Positions 15,421 to 28,174 of a stretch of 64,000 nucleotides of DNA are shown here, piece by piece; the first letter of the stretch is position 1; each line of letters starts with the position of its first letter. Below the pieces are notes generated by a model that made no database searches, was not told the DNA's origin, and worked only from the letters and a program-made list of their open reading frames with translations. The DNA comes from Blasia pusilla (lineage: Eukaryota): positions 1,984,001 through 2,048,000 of the forward strand of contig CM114271.1 of NCBI GenBank assembly GCA_050084515.1, given 5' to 3'. The position numbers and the translations under genes are program-made.

Positions 15421-16059
15421 CTTCTCTTCATATGTGAGCCCTCTTTTAGTACGTTTCAGCCTGAACCAAGGGTGCAAGAATGTTCAATTTTTTTCCCGAG
15501 GGGCAACCCAATCCTAGGAATGTAGGACATATAAATATTTATATATCCCAACAACATTAAAAGACACGTTATCATTGGAGCATGAGATCACAAAAACACA
15601 CTAGTCATTATTTATAACTCAGTATTACTAGGCAAGTGAAAGAAGTACGACTTGTCTTTACTAAAGGGTATTGATAACTACTTTAGTAATAAGTACATGA
15701 CTAGGTGAGTTGTGCAACCTTAAATTTTAGGACTAAACCATTTTAGTCATACTTTGAGTCATTCTTTCGGCAAGTCATTCAAAGCCTAGTCATAAAAACC
15801 ACACAATTCTTCTAGTGTATATGTAAAATAGACTTTACCACAAATTCTTTGAGGTAATAAGAAATTCTTATATGCAAGTAAATAATATGCTTTGTCGAAT
15901 CCTTCCTCACTCTTTGGAAGAACCCTCAAGTTTGGCTCCAAAAACTTAAGTTGATATGCTCTATAGGGATGTGAACTCCTTACAAAGCTATCACATCTTA
16001 GTACCCGATAGGTAGAGATCTATAGTGGCGACAACATAGAGAGCCAGCTGAGTGTAACT

Positions 16060-16674
16060 TCATCATGAGGTGTGAGATGACGTTGAGGATAGGTCCGTTG
16101 TGTCAAGAACGTCATTTATGCCAACTTTCCTATTGTGGTCTTTGACAACTGGGTGACTTGTTGAGTAGGTCACCCGCCCTTGGTAACCTATGCGCGCAGG
16201 TGACCAAGATAATTGCTATTTTTAGGGGAATAACCGTTTGGATCTTCCCAAACCGATATAATGGAGGAAGATGGCTTTCCCAAGCCATCTTTCTTGTGTT
16301 TGGCCGTTGGAGCACCTTTCTTACTCGTGTGTGAGGTAGGAACTAGGATGGTAGCGTCTGGATACCCTCATAGCAGAGGGTGGACGAGACTGGATATACC
16401 CATGTAGATTCATGAGTGGATTTTCAGGCAGGGTGTGCCGTTTTTACCTCTCTGTATACGGTAGTGGATTATGTCAGGGAGATGTGATATCTGCTATATG
16501 GAGTTGGGGGGATCCAAGTGCCAGTTAGGGAGGTGGTTGTGTGATCTTGATGGACATGTGTGAGTTGATTTTTGTACATGTGTGGATCTACCCATGTGTT
16601 GGGGAAAATCGGTGTTGTGTGGTATGGATGTGACCAACAATGTGTATTGTGTTGCGATGTGTATATGCACAACA
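16060..16674 (+). mobile_element. Diverged solo A+C-type terminal repeat related to the DNMT-Gypsy family
   Basis: The 3' end (AATGTGTATTGTGTTGCGATGTGTATATGCACAACA) resembles the C-module end at 27490-27524. The start is uncertain and no TSD was seen. Confidence 0.35.
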
Positions 16675-16775
16675 AGAATAACAACATGGTAAGTGACAAA
16701 TGTAAGTGGTTTAATGCATCATCTAGCTAAATCAACATTGCACTAGAAATAGATCACCCAAAAAATCATTAGATG

Positions 16776-17600
16776 TGTCGCAACCCTAGGGACTCACACA
16801 AGGATGGAAATGCATCAAAGCCTTGTAAAATGAGGCATGAATTGTAAAATACAAGATACGAGCCTTAATGGGCATCTCAAACGATGAAGCTTATGATATG
16901 GAAGAGCATGACCAAATACGAGGTGGAACTTGAAGAGTGCTCAAGCCCTATATAGAGAGGCTCCAAGAAGGTTACAACCTAGCTTTGACTAGGCTTAATG
17001 TTTGATTTTTCTCTATGTTTGAGTTCATGACAACTAGAGTTGGTAGACTTAAGATAATTTTGGGTTGAATACGATGGTATTGGAAAGATTATGAGGAGCA
17101 AGTTTTAAAACTCTAACACAACAAAGATTCATAAAACCATATTATTAAAACTCTTGCAATAAGCCCAAAAGTGTTGGCATGAAAGTGTGGATTGAGGACC
17201 ATAAGTAGTAGTCAATAAGGGATACTTGGGAAAGAGGAGGGCTAAAGATCTCTAGCACCATATGTATAGAAGGTAGAGGGTTTTGAAGGGAGTTTGAAAA
17301 CTAAACCTTGCCTTGGAAATCATAATATATGAATTTTGAACAAAGGGTATGAGATGGACTATAAGGTTAACGTTGAGGTTTTGACGCCATTCCAAGTCTG
17401 GTTAGATAATTTTGGGATCCTAACCTTGGACCTTGATTTAGGGCATACATGTTGAGTCTTGGTTAAAAAAAATTTGGGATCCACAGGGTAGTTGGGATGG
17501 TCACTTGCACTAGCATTGTTTTAGGTCCATAGACTATGAAGGAGGCATGTCCCAAGTCTTAAATGACTTGATTATATTGGAGAGTTAAGTGGGCATTTGA
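16776..17600 (+). mobile_element. Degenerate LTR of the chromovirus-like family at 58348
   Basis: Starts TGTCGCAACCCT. Shares motifs (GATGGAAATGC, TGAGGCATGA, ATGACCAAA..GGTGGAACTTGA, CAACCTAGC) with 52847-53080 and with the reverse copy at 28175-29097. The right boundary is approximate. Confidence 0.5.
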
Positions 17601-19607
17601 CCTTATTTAGGAATTTTGAGCTTGAAGAATGATCCAATGTGTAGAAGAAAAAAAAAAAAAAAAAAGGCTCCCCCATCCACCTATTCTTGAAAGTAAGGCT
17701 ATGATACAAGCATAATAGAAAGTTTTAGTGCTAAGAGCCACATAATTACACTAAGGATGTGAGAATGCTATGATTGTCTTGGAAATGCATATAAGTTCAC
17801 TATTTTATTCATATAATATTCAAAAAAAGTAACTTTATGGAATGGAATATGTTGAAACTCAATCTATTAATGGTGGAAATGTATTTATTTTAAGGTATTT
17901 GCAACTACCCAACAATCTCAAATTGCTATCCTTTCCTAGTAGTGCTATCCCTAAAAACCTATCCTTCTTTCTTTCCTAAAATTAAATTAAAGTTTGTTAG
18001 ATTCTAATTGAAATGAATATTAACTAGCATTTGGTCAAATAGGGCTATAAAGGAGTCTATCCCACTAGAGTGGCCCAGATAATAATATAAGGATCTCTCC
18101 CCATATGAACCAATGAAAGAAGGGATAAAGGTGGAGCAGGAGGGTTGATGATTGAAGTAAAGGAAAGTTAGGGGAACAATAAGAGGAGGATCATAAGGAG
18201 AAGAATATTGAAGATTATCTCAAAAGAGGGTTTTGATTGGCTAGGGCATACAACAAGGTTTTGAACATCGCCAATAGCTATCACCAACAAGAGCTTAGAG
18301 GATTTCCTATGGTCTGAATCTTAACTTAGCAAAAGGTTGCATGGGGATGTTGCGTCCCACTTACATAGTTTGTGACAATCACATCCATCACTCCCATTCT
18401 GAGTTGAGCACTATTATCCCTTTGTGAAAAAAATTAAAGGAATAAGATCAATCTACTAGTAACTAGTATCTCAAGCATTCCTCAGACTTCAAGATACAAT
18501 GTATGTAGGGGGATTGAAGTAATGCTAATAGATTTCAGCACAAGTGACTATCACAATGATATTCGTGTAAACTCTTTTTGGTAATTGAGATTTTTATACA
18601 TTGACCACATGATTTATTTTTCCATTGAAATAAATCTTATTTGTTAATTTTTATTGATGAAAATATCCCCTCCTCCCTACCTTTGGAGAGAGAAAGAGAG
18701 AGAGAGAGAGAGTAAAAATATTTTGCAACAACAAGATACTTTGCAAGGATACATAATCCCACCATTATATCTATGATGCAATCTTACACTACAATTAGAA
18801 GGTACTTGCGTTTGTGGCAACTATAGTTCAATAAGACAAAAAAATCTAGTCACAATCTAGCTACTTATGAATTACAACAATTTTTTCGCTATCGATAATT
18901 CACACTTCAAAATTATAATGCCTTGATATTCTTATCTCATCACTAAAATAAGTCTAATTTGCGAGTCTTCTTAGTGGCAAACTACTTGTAAAAAAGAGTT
19001 TTCCATGAAATTTTTTTACTTCAATTGCAATCTAAAAAGGAAATTCTTATACTCGTAGAAGACTCACAAAGTAGACAAAAATAAATCATTAGTACACATA
19101 AAATTTTTAGTCCAAAATTCTCCTTTGCAAGTCTGATGTGAGTGTCGTACTTGTAAATTTTTGAGTTTATTGTACGTAGTTAGCGAGTAACTTATAGCTT
19201 CCAATACTCAAAAAAAAAAATTATCTATGAAAGTATAGTTGCTTAGAATTAGAAAATTTCTTGCAAATATATTTTTTAATCTAAAAATTAATGATCACTC
19301 GGAAAAGTTCAAAGAGTAAATGATTTGATGATACAAAAACAACATTTGATTGAAGAAAATTAAGGTCAAGAGTCGGATCACATTGTGTATATCCAAAATA
19401 TTGGTCAAAAAAATGACTTTGAATTTACAAAACTAACGACTAGTCCTATATGGCTAGCGTGCACATAGCATGCCACATGATTTCCTAGCTAGACGTGCAC
19501 ATGTAGATATTATAGGTGCAAATGGCTCCATATAAACCACCACCTCAATACCTACATATAATTGTGTAGACATAATCCAAGATGTGCCCTAAGAAGGATT
19601 TGCACTA

Positions 19608-20121
19608 TGTCACAGCTGTTAGGATAGATCGGCAAGATCTAGTAGAGCGCCTTTGGAGATGCTAGAGGACAGCCCTAGGAGGTCGAGGATGACCTTCTTG
19701 GGCCTTGGGTAACCTGAGAGAACAAGTTTTCCCTTCGTTTCGGCTCATTTGGAGCCATATAGAGAAACTTACTATTTTGGATAAGTTTCCATTTAGAATA
19801 TAGTTAACTTTCCACTTTTTTTAATGGCCCTTGACCCGCTACAACAAGTCAAGAGCCAAGGAGATGACCTGCGAGCACAAGTTACAATGGAGAGGACTTA
19901 AGAGAGGGAAGGGGGTATACCTCGAAGAGAGAGAGCTTGAGAGCTCATTCTCTCTTTGTTGAACCTCTTGGCACGAGGTGGCGGAGCTATGGTCCCTTGC
20001 CTTTTGAGTGTAACCCAAGCCTCTCATTAGGAGAGTGGGTTTGGTTTGACATTGAGAGAGACATGTGAGAGTGCACACATGTTAGAGCTATGGCGTTGTG
20101 AGAGAGATTTGACCTTATTTT
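19608..20121 (+). repeat. Repeat A1 (5' terminal repeat, about 514 bp)
   Basis: Direct repeat of 27527-28044 and inverted homologue of 53819-54333. Homology ends at GACCTTATTTT, after which unique leader follows rather than module C. Confidence 0.9.
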
Positions 20122-20777
20122 ACAAAGACAAAATGAGAGGGTGAGAGAGCTTAAATGGAGGAGCTCACTGGTTACTTGTTGTTAGTGCGGCTGGGGGCCG
20201 TGTTTCCCATTTAGCGGCTCATGGGAGTGCTCAGCGGAGTAAGCGCTACGTGTTTTACTATTTTCCATTGCGGATTTTCTGTGTGGAAGAGTGGCGCACG
20301 GAAGCGCTGCCCAAATTTCTTTAGAGATGAAGTTTGGGGGCGGATTTCCCCATTCTAGTGCTCTCGGGAGAACCAAGTAGCTTGCTAGTTTGTGATTTTA
20401 CAGGTCTGAAGTTTTGTGTGGAAGAAATTAGTGCAGAAGCGCTGCCAATTTTGTCCTAGAAGTGCAGATTTAAAGGGCTGCATGATAATTCCTATCAGTT
20501 TTCTTTGGGAAAGTTGAATGAATTTTTTTTTTGTCACAGATCTCAAAGCTGTGCACGTTATAGAAGAAATGGTGCCCAATTTTGAGCTGTGAGCAAAAAG
20601 TTATGGTTGATCTTGCAAAACTGCCATTGCTAGGCAAATTTTAGGGTAAAATTGTTCAAACCCTAAATGGTTTTCTAACACTGCTCAGAGCTGCGTTTGG
20701 ACGTTGTTCGTCGTTGGTTGCCATTTCCGTAATTTCCATTACGGAGAGGATGGTCTTCCATGATGACCGTTGATTCT

Positions 20778-21960
20778 ATGACAATCGTCTCTTCATTGGA
20801 TTGGTTTCCATGAATTTGGCCATCACCCAAGTTCTTGTCTGCACAAATACTACCATCTCACGAGCTTGTGCAAAAATCATATCCACCCATGGCCATTTAT
20901 CCCACTCTTCGCAGACTAGATCAAGAGAATGCGCTACATATCTACCCCAAAGATTATGAGGGAACTTTGCTTTGATAAGTTTCCGTGTTGCTCGCTCATT
21001 GCTAGCATTGTCTCTCATAAGTTGCAACACATTCTCTAGACCGATGCGCATGACAGTCTTCTCTATGTGACTTGCCAACCATACCGCCGTTGGGGATTTC
21101 CCTTTGGTGTCCATCGACTCAATCATGACCTCATCTTGTGGACAAGAGACCATTATGTTCACTAAAGACTTGCTCCTCACATTGGTCCAAGAATCCGTTA
21201 TGATCGTGGCTCCCAAACATAAATTTTCCAATATATTCCATCGATCTTTTGTTTCACCTTCCCCATATGTTTCTCAAGTAGGATGGTGCGCAACGAATTG
21301 TAACTAGGACATGAGTAACCCTTCACCTTGTTGTTGCCAATATTGCTTCTTTGAAAGCATCTTGCCGTACTACGTTGAATGGTATTCCACATTCGTAAAA
21401 ACACTTTGCCCACATGCCATTCGCAACTTCTATTCCTTGGATGTTGAAAGAATTCCTCAGATCAGTTGGCTTCTTCCCAGAACTACTACTCCCTCGAATG
21501 GGCCCAACAACTCCTCTGCATTCCTCGAGATTGTCACTCGATGGCATGTCCACAACCCCATCAATATTTTGTACAACATAAACACTATTCCTTGTTTGTT
21601 GCGAACCTATTTATAATGGAGTCGTCTCTTCCACTTCACTCAAAGGTCTCGCTTCCCTTCTTTGTCCATTTCCCACTAGTATCCTGTTTCGGAGATCCCG
21701 TTGCACGCTGGGAGGGACCTTCATCCATAATTTGGCATGATGGGTATCCTGATTCCCATCCTTTTTCTTCTGTCTCTCTCATGTAAAATGCTCCACCATC
21801 CCCGTGATATGATAGGTTTTCATAGAATAGGAACAATACTTGCACTGCCATCTGCTTGATGTTCCACCTTCCATCTATACTTCTTCCCAATGTTCCTTCA
21901 AAATCTGTTGGAGTTCTCTGGCTTTGGTCATGACTACATGCACTCACTAACCCCACCCAA
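20778..21960 (-). pseudogene. hAT transposase remnant (DUF659-type N-terminal catalytic region)
   Basis: WAKCFYECGIPFNVV, PSYNSLRTILL, GATIITDSWTNVRSKSLVNIMV, IGLENVLQLMRDNASN, YVAHSLDL, split across frameshifted ORFs. Confidence 0.85.
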
Positions 21961-22196
21961 AAATATTTGTAAAATTTGCAAAAATTTATTAGATCAATAT
22001 TAATATCTATCGATCAGTAAAATGTATGCAAATTATACCAAATATTGTCCGTAAATGCTCCAATAACAAAACTTGGAACACTCACTATGAACAAGAAAGA
22101 TTAATATGCTAACCTAGATAACCGAAATACCTTTAGTATCAAGGTTATCTGGTGGGAAAAAATATTCTCACTCATCAAGTTCAATTATCTATGGAG

Positions 22197-22231
<35 letters not shown>

Positions 22232-24745
22232 TGAAGGGAGGAATGAGATTGTGAGGGTATACAAAAATGAGCAAGTTTATATAGGGGAGGATAGAAGGAA
22301 GAGAATGAACCCTTCTAACTCCCCAAATCATCTACCCCCATTTACAATTGATTACTAAACCATCTCTATTAATTTTCTTTAATAAACCTATTTTTATTCT
22401 CCTATTAGATTCCTTCTTGACCTATCCTAACTTCTTGACCTAGTTTAAATTTCTAACAGACCTATTTTGCAATACAACCACCCTATTCAAATCTATTTTA
22501 ATACTCTCATTCCTTTCTCCACCACTACAATCCCAAATTCATCAATTACTCTCATTTCTAACTAACCTATATTCTCCTACAACAACCCTATTCCAACCTC
22601 TCAAACCGTCAATTACCCAAACCATAATAGTGACAAAATTTATTTAATACCTCACTAAAATCATAGGGCCCGCCTACAAGCCTGGCCCGCACGGCTTGCA
22701 AGGAGCCTGTGCACGGCCTCGCGCCCTATCTCGCATGCGGGCTCCAAGGCTCGTAAGCAGCATGCAGTACGGACCATCCGCAGACTCGGCCTCAAGGATG
22801 TGCTGGGCGCCCGCATGCAAGCGGGCCCTAGCTCAAGACGCCAAGGCCCAATGAGAGCCCGCACTATGGGCCTTGGAGTCCGCGCATAGGCTCTACGCGG
22901 GCTCTAGGGCCCGCAACTACCCCGCGTTTTCTTGCTCGGCGGTCCGCATGCGAGCCCACGCCGTAGCCCGCACCCTAGCCCGCAATGAGCCCGCGCGAGG
23001 GCTTGGCGGCTTGCATGCAAGCCCGTGCTGGGCTCCCAGGCCCGCAATCAACCCACACATGGGCTCCGCGGCCGCACCCTAGCTAGCATGCGGGCTCCCA
23101 GGCTCGAAAGCAGGCCGGGCTTCAGGGCCCACACCTTAGCCCGTAGACGGGCTCCAAGGCATGCCACCTAGCCCGCATGTGGGCTCGGCCACCCACAAGC
23201 AGCCCGGATGCGGGCTTCAGGGCCCGCACCCTAGCCCGCAACGAGCCCGTGCACAAGCTTCTAGCCCCACATCCTAGCCCGCACGCCGCGCTCGCTTGCA
23301 GTCTGCACCTTGGCCTATAACCTTCATCAGATCCCGCACCAGCGGCTTGCAAGTGGAGCCCGTGTGGTCGATCTGGGCACCATAAAAACCGGTGCTTGCG
23401 CCCGATGTTCCATGTCTGGACATGTCCGTTGTCGTGTCGAGAGCGTGTCTTTGAGTAAGGGCAGATCTTCTAGCTGCAGTAGACGTGGTTGATGCAAGTC
23501 AAACTCTATAATAATTTTTCCTTTTTCTATACAGAATTATTATGTAAACTCTTCATTCTCGCACGATAGGAATCACAAATGGTAGTGCAAAGGCGATCAC
23601 TTCTTCATAATATGGAACCTTGAAATTCATAACTATGAAATCTTTGTAAACTACTATACGTTTGTACACAAGGAAAATAGCACAACTAGTGTTAAACCCT
23701 ACTCGAGCAGGCCTATTGACGTCCATGGATAGCAATATAAGGACATACAAAGTGCAATCCCATGTCCTTTCGTACGTGACTATAGGAAAAATCATTGGAG
23801 TTAGAGATTGCATGACCTGGTTCATGAACACATCCCCAAAGTGATAAACTAGATAGCGAGTGAACCAGTGCCTATCTACAAAGAGAATCTTGACGTTGTA
23901 CGGGTTAAGGAAAGGAAAATCAGGCACAACTCGTGCTCCATCCTTATCCATACCTGACAAAAATCCTCTACTCTCCTCTACAATGGAATTTTCCGGAGTT
24001 GCTCTCCCAAGAGGGGTAATCCACTCTCATTGGGAAAATAAGAAGCCAAACCATCATCTATTTCTAGTATGACTAAACTCATCTAAGGTGACAAGTTTCT
24101 CATCTCCACACATACCACATTCTAGAAACCTCTCGAAGAATAGACCAAAGTCAAGTTACTCTCCCAAGAAGGATAATCCGCTCTCATTGGAAGAGCAAGC
24201 AATCTCAAAGCCATACACTCAAGAGAGAGACTCAAGATGTGAAGTAGAAGGTGATGAACCCTTGAAGGTCCCTTCTCTTAATATACTCACAAGGGATCCA
24301 CAAGAGTACGAAATATGGCTAATCTTATCTTGTGCCTCATGACTTCCTCTCAAGCCTTAGCCAATCATATTTTGACACAAGTAGATTACCTCTTATCTCT
24401 TCCAAAATATCCTCTTTTACTCCCTTCACATCTTCCAAACTACCCCACTAACCCTAGCCACCAACCAAGACTACTTTTGCTTTTATTTTATTAAATCATC
24501 AACCCCATTACTTTACTTTTCTAATCCCATCTTTTATTTATTATCTCTTTTTTCCTAAAGTTGGGCCCCCTCAAATAAATCACCCTAACGAGGTTTAAAC
24601 ATGAGAATTTTATTTTCTTAGGCTAATTTACTTAATACTAATAAAAATATTTCTAACACTTAATGATAGAGGAGTTTACATAGTGGGTGATTTTACTATA
24701 CGACATCGTCCCATGGACGGACTTATCCGTTTTTGTGCAACCTTG
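20778..24745 (-). mobile_element. Truncated hAT element nested in copy 1
   Basis: One TIR, GTGCAACCTTG at 24735-24745, identical to the MITE TIR at 32741-32751. GC-rich AGCCCG-type repeats at 22660-23400. Transposase remnant at 20778-21960. Confidence 0.7.
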
Positions 24746-24746
24746 G

Positions 24747-27230
24747 CGACATCTAGAGGAGGTGTTTCGACGATTGCAATTACATGGGCTGAAGCTACAT
24801 CTAGGCAAGTGCAAGTTCTTCTATGACCAAATTAAGTACCTGAGTTATATGATATACCCAGATTGCCTTGGTGTGCAACAGACGAAGATAGAGGCTATTT
24901 CACACATTCCACGCCCCTAAAGATGTATGTCAAGTTCGTGCATTCATGGGATTGGCGAACTTCTATCAACGGTACGTCAAGGGTTTCACTTCGATTGCGA
25001 AGCCGCTAACCTTACTGACCAAGGTGGATCAGGAGTAGCAACGGGGAATGAGCAGGAGGGAGCATTTAAGCTAGCTAAGGATATATTGACGTCCGCACCC
25101 ATATTAAAGAGACCGATCCAGGGGCGTCCTTTTCAGTTACATATTGATTGGAGCATGTTGGGGCTTGGAGCCGTGCTTATCCAGCATGACGATGAGGGTA
25201 GAGAGTTCGTGGTGGCTTATGCTAGTCGCTCGAACAACGCTGCCGAAGCGAAGTTTAGCTCGTATGAGGGTGAGTGCTTGGTTGCATTGTGGGCTGTCAC
25301 ACATTTTAGGTGTTATCTATTCGGCAACCCCTTTACCATCATTACTGATCATCAACCACTTAAATGGTTGATGGAGTCCGACAAGCTTAAAGGGAAGGTT
25401 GCGAGGTGAACTCTTTTGTTGTAGGAGTATGACTTCTAGGTGGTGCATAGACTTGGGATGCTCAAAGAGGAAGTAGATGGTTTGAGCCATAATCCATGCC
25501 TAAGTGAGCAAGATGCAACTAGAGCTTGTTAGCATGGTGAGAGTGATGAGGAGTTGGTGTCAAGATGGCACGGTTCAGCCTATTTGGGCTTGTTGGCTAT
25601 AGAGAGCCAGGTTGCTGAGACTTTGATCTGATGGAGAGTCATTAGATCCACATGCCGGTGAGGAGACAATAGGTGGCCGAGATATTCTCGACGATGGAGT
25701 AGTCTTGGAGTACCTACGTACTGGCAGCATTGCGAGCCATACAGTTCCGGTGGGAGAAGACACATGTATAGCAAGTTTGGGAGGATGGTAGAGTGCGTGT
25801 AGTGCCTCATCCTTTGCAAAAAGCACGTTTGGTGCATCATGCCCATGAGGAGTTGGATCATTTTGGAGTGACGCGGATGTATAGCTTGCTCCAGATACAG
25901 TATTGGTGGCGAGGCATGCAGACTGACATTCAGCAGTTTATTGCTGGGTGCGTGGTTTGTGATCGGGTCCGGGCATCGTTCAATGCTCTGACTCCATAGT
26001 TGCATCCACTTCCGATCATGGGTTTAGGTTATAGATGGAGTTTGGATTTTGCAAGACCTTTACCTTTGACAGAGCGCCATAGTCGTTATGTGTTGGTGAT
26101 GCTCGAGCACTTCTCAAAGTGGATAGAGTTGATTGCATTGCTTGACAAAGCAAGTGAGGGAGTAGCGAATGCCTTCCTAGATCAAATGCTGAGTTATTAT
26201 GGCGCACCAGTTGAGGTGTTGATAAACCAGGGTACAAAGTTTCGCGGGGAGTTTCAGTCTTTGTGTGATCAAGCGTTGATTGACCACCGCATCACTTCGC
26301 GAGATCACCGCATCACTTCCCGAGAGTTGTGAGAAAATAGAAAGTGCCAAAATCACTTAAATCTTTACAAAACTTAGAGATACAAAGTGGCTTAGTCCGT
26401 CTGTGCACTCACAGAAGAGCTTCTATGGAACTTGAACATGGAGATAACTTGACATACGAGAAGGCGCTACCGGTGCGGCTCCAGACTATTTCACTACTCG
26501 GGAAACTAGGGTTTTTACCTATTTTTCTTCGTTTCTATTAATAGAAATAAATAAAAATATAGGGTTAGATAATCCCACTTCCTGATGCAATATAGAGTTA
26601 GATAATCCTAGTAACACTACTCCTGAAATGACCTACGTCACATTACTATGACTCCTTCGACGTCTAAGTTAGAACCATCAATCTAGGCTTCTCCTCATAC
26701 AAGGGGGCCGATCAGATTAATGGTGCTGAGAGAAGTGGATGTTGAGAATCCAACAAGAGTGATGCCCATGGCATTTGACAACTTGGCGATTGCGCAACAT
26801 CAGGATACGTTGAGGTATGCGACTATTTGGGGAGGTAATTATCAACCTACTATGCGGAGGTTTGATTAGGGAGACTATTTCTACTTGCAGCAGACGGTAC
26901 CCATGACGTTGGATGTGACTGCGCACTATCTTGAGAGTGCGTGAGGTTTTGCCATATGGTGTCCTCTTATTGGAGGGACGCGATGGTATGGTTTGGAAGG
27001 ACCATGTGCATAATTGTGCACCATGTCACCCTCCTAACATTGACAGTACAGTTGATCCGAGCTTAGCACTAGTTCTTGCAGGCTTGCGATGTATGTTGTG
27101 TGGTTATGCCTGTGGTGCAGCCACTATGCTCGTCTGTGATGGCTGTTCGAGAGGATGGCATATGACATGTCTGATGACACCTCTCACTAGGGTTCCTCAA
27201 GGATGATGGATGTGTCCCAAATGTACATAG
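24747..27230 (+). pseudogene. pol remnant: RT C-terminus, RNaseH, integrase and C-terminal PHD finger
   Basis: RHLEEVFRRLQLHGLKLHLGKC; FQLHIDWSMLGLGAVL...VAYASRSNNAAE...YEGECL...ITDHQPL; integrase HHCC (HAHEELDHFG...CVVC) and core WSLDFARPLP...EHFSKWIE; PHD CMLC...MLVCDGCSRGWHMTCL...WMCPKC. Many stops, and a foreign insert at about 26325-26740. Confidence 0.92.
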
Positions 27231-27396
27231 AATAGGTAGTTCTAGATTTTGACTTGTGTCTATGATAGGGATGACAAGAAGGCGACTAACGAGCACCCAA
27301 CCTTTTTGCTTTTAGCGTCCGAGAGATGTATGTCATGGTAGGTAGGGATAGATGGCTATCTAGAGTTATAGAGACCTGACCACCAAGTAGGGGTTG

Positions 27397-27524
27397 ATTG
27401 GAGATATTTTGGTACTTCTTGTCTCGTTGTTTGGATGCCATGAAATAGCATGGGATCTTGTGTGTTTGTGTGTATGTTTGTTGACAGCGATGTATGTTGT
27501 GTAGCGATATATATGCGCATGACA
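27397..27524 (+). repeat. Repeat C1 (128 bp), preceded by a G-rich PPT-like tract and ending CATGACA
   Basis: Direct repeat of 28045-28172. Upstream is TAGGGGTTG (TAGGGGGGCG in copy 3). Confidence 0.88.
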
Positions 27525-27526
27525 AC

Positions 27527-28172
27527 TGTCATGACTGTTAGGATAGATCGGCAAGATCTAGTAGAGCGCCTTTGGAGATATTGGAGGAGAGCCTCATGAG
27601 GTCGAGGATGACCTGTTGAGGCCCAGGGTAACGTGAGAGAGAAGGTTTCCCCTTCGTTTCGGCTCATTTGGAGCCATATAGATAAAGTTACTATTTTAGG
27701 TAAGTTTCCATTTGGAATATAGTTGACTTTCCACTTTAGGAGGTGACCCTTGACCTGTTACAATAGGTCAAGAGCCAAGGAGGTGAGGTGCAAGCACAGG
27801 TTATCGTGGAGAAGACCTGGGAGAGGGAAGGGGGTATACCTCCAAGAGCGAGAGAGAGCTTGAGAGCTCATTCTCTCTTTGTTGAACCTCTTGGCACGAG
27901 GCGGTGGAGCTATGGTCCCTTGCCTTGTGAGTGTAACCCAAGCCTCTCATTAGGAGAGTGGGTTTGGTTTGACATTGAGAGAGACATGTGAGAGTGCACA
28001 CATGTGAGAGCTATGGTGTTGTGAGAGAGATTTGACCTTATTTTATTGGAGATATTTTGGTACTTCTTATCTTGTTGTTTGGATGCCATGAATTAGCATG
28101 GGATCGTGCGTGTTTATGTGTATGTTTGTTGAAAATGATGTATGTTGTATAGTGATGTGTATGCGCACGAAA
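27527..28172 (+). repeat. Repeats A2 (27527-28044) and C2 (28045-28172), the 3' terminus of copy 1
   Basis: A2 starts TGTCATG two bases after the CATGACA of C1. The A2|C2 junction is GACCTTATTTT|ATTGGAGAT. Confidence 0.9.
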
Positions 28173-28174
28173 AC

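Larger units (their letters stand above)
19608..28172 (+). mobile_element. DNMT/PHD Gypsy-like retrotransposon, copy 1 (both termini present; gag-PR-DNMT part replaced by a hAT remnant)
   Basis: Begins TGTCA and ends GCGCACGAAA (decayed ...GACA). 4-bp TSD ACTA at 19604-19607 and 28173-28176. Contains RT end, RNaseH, integrase and PHD remnants. Its 5' leader at about 20700-20770 resembles 37340-37410 of copy 2. Confidence 0.85.

Noticed and set aside
18787-19500. CACTACAA end with TTGC(A/G)AG-type repeats, and a similar CACTACTACA end at 53373
   Set aside because: Probable CACTA fragments, but no partner TIR or TSD was found.
22661-23492. GC-rich ORFs on both strands
   Set aside because: They arise from AGCCCG-type repeats within the hAT remnant and show no protein signature.
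19608-28172. DIRS/Ngaro/PAT tyrosine-recombinase element, suggested by the split repeats
   Set aside because: It encodes an HHCC plus rve-type integrase, the family has a protease, and it has TG..CA ends and a TSD. No tyrosine recombinase motif was recognised, although no copy here is complete.
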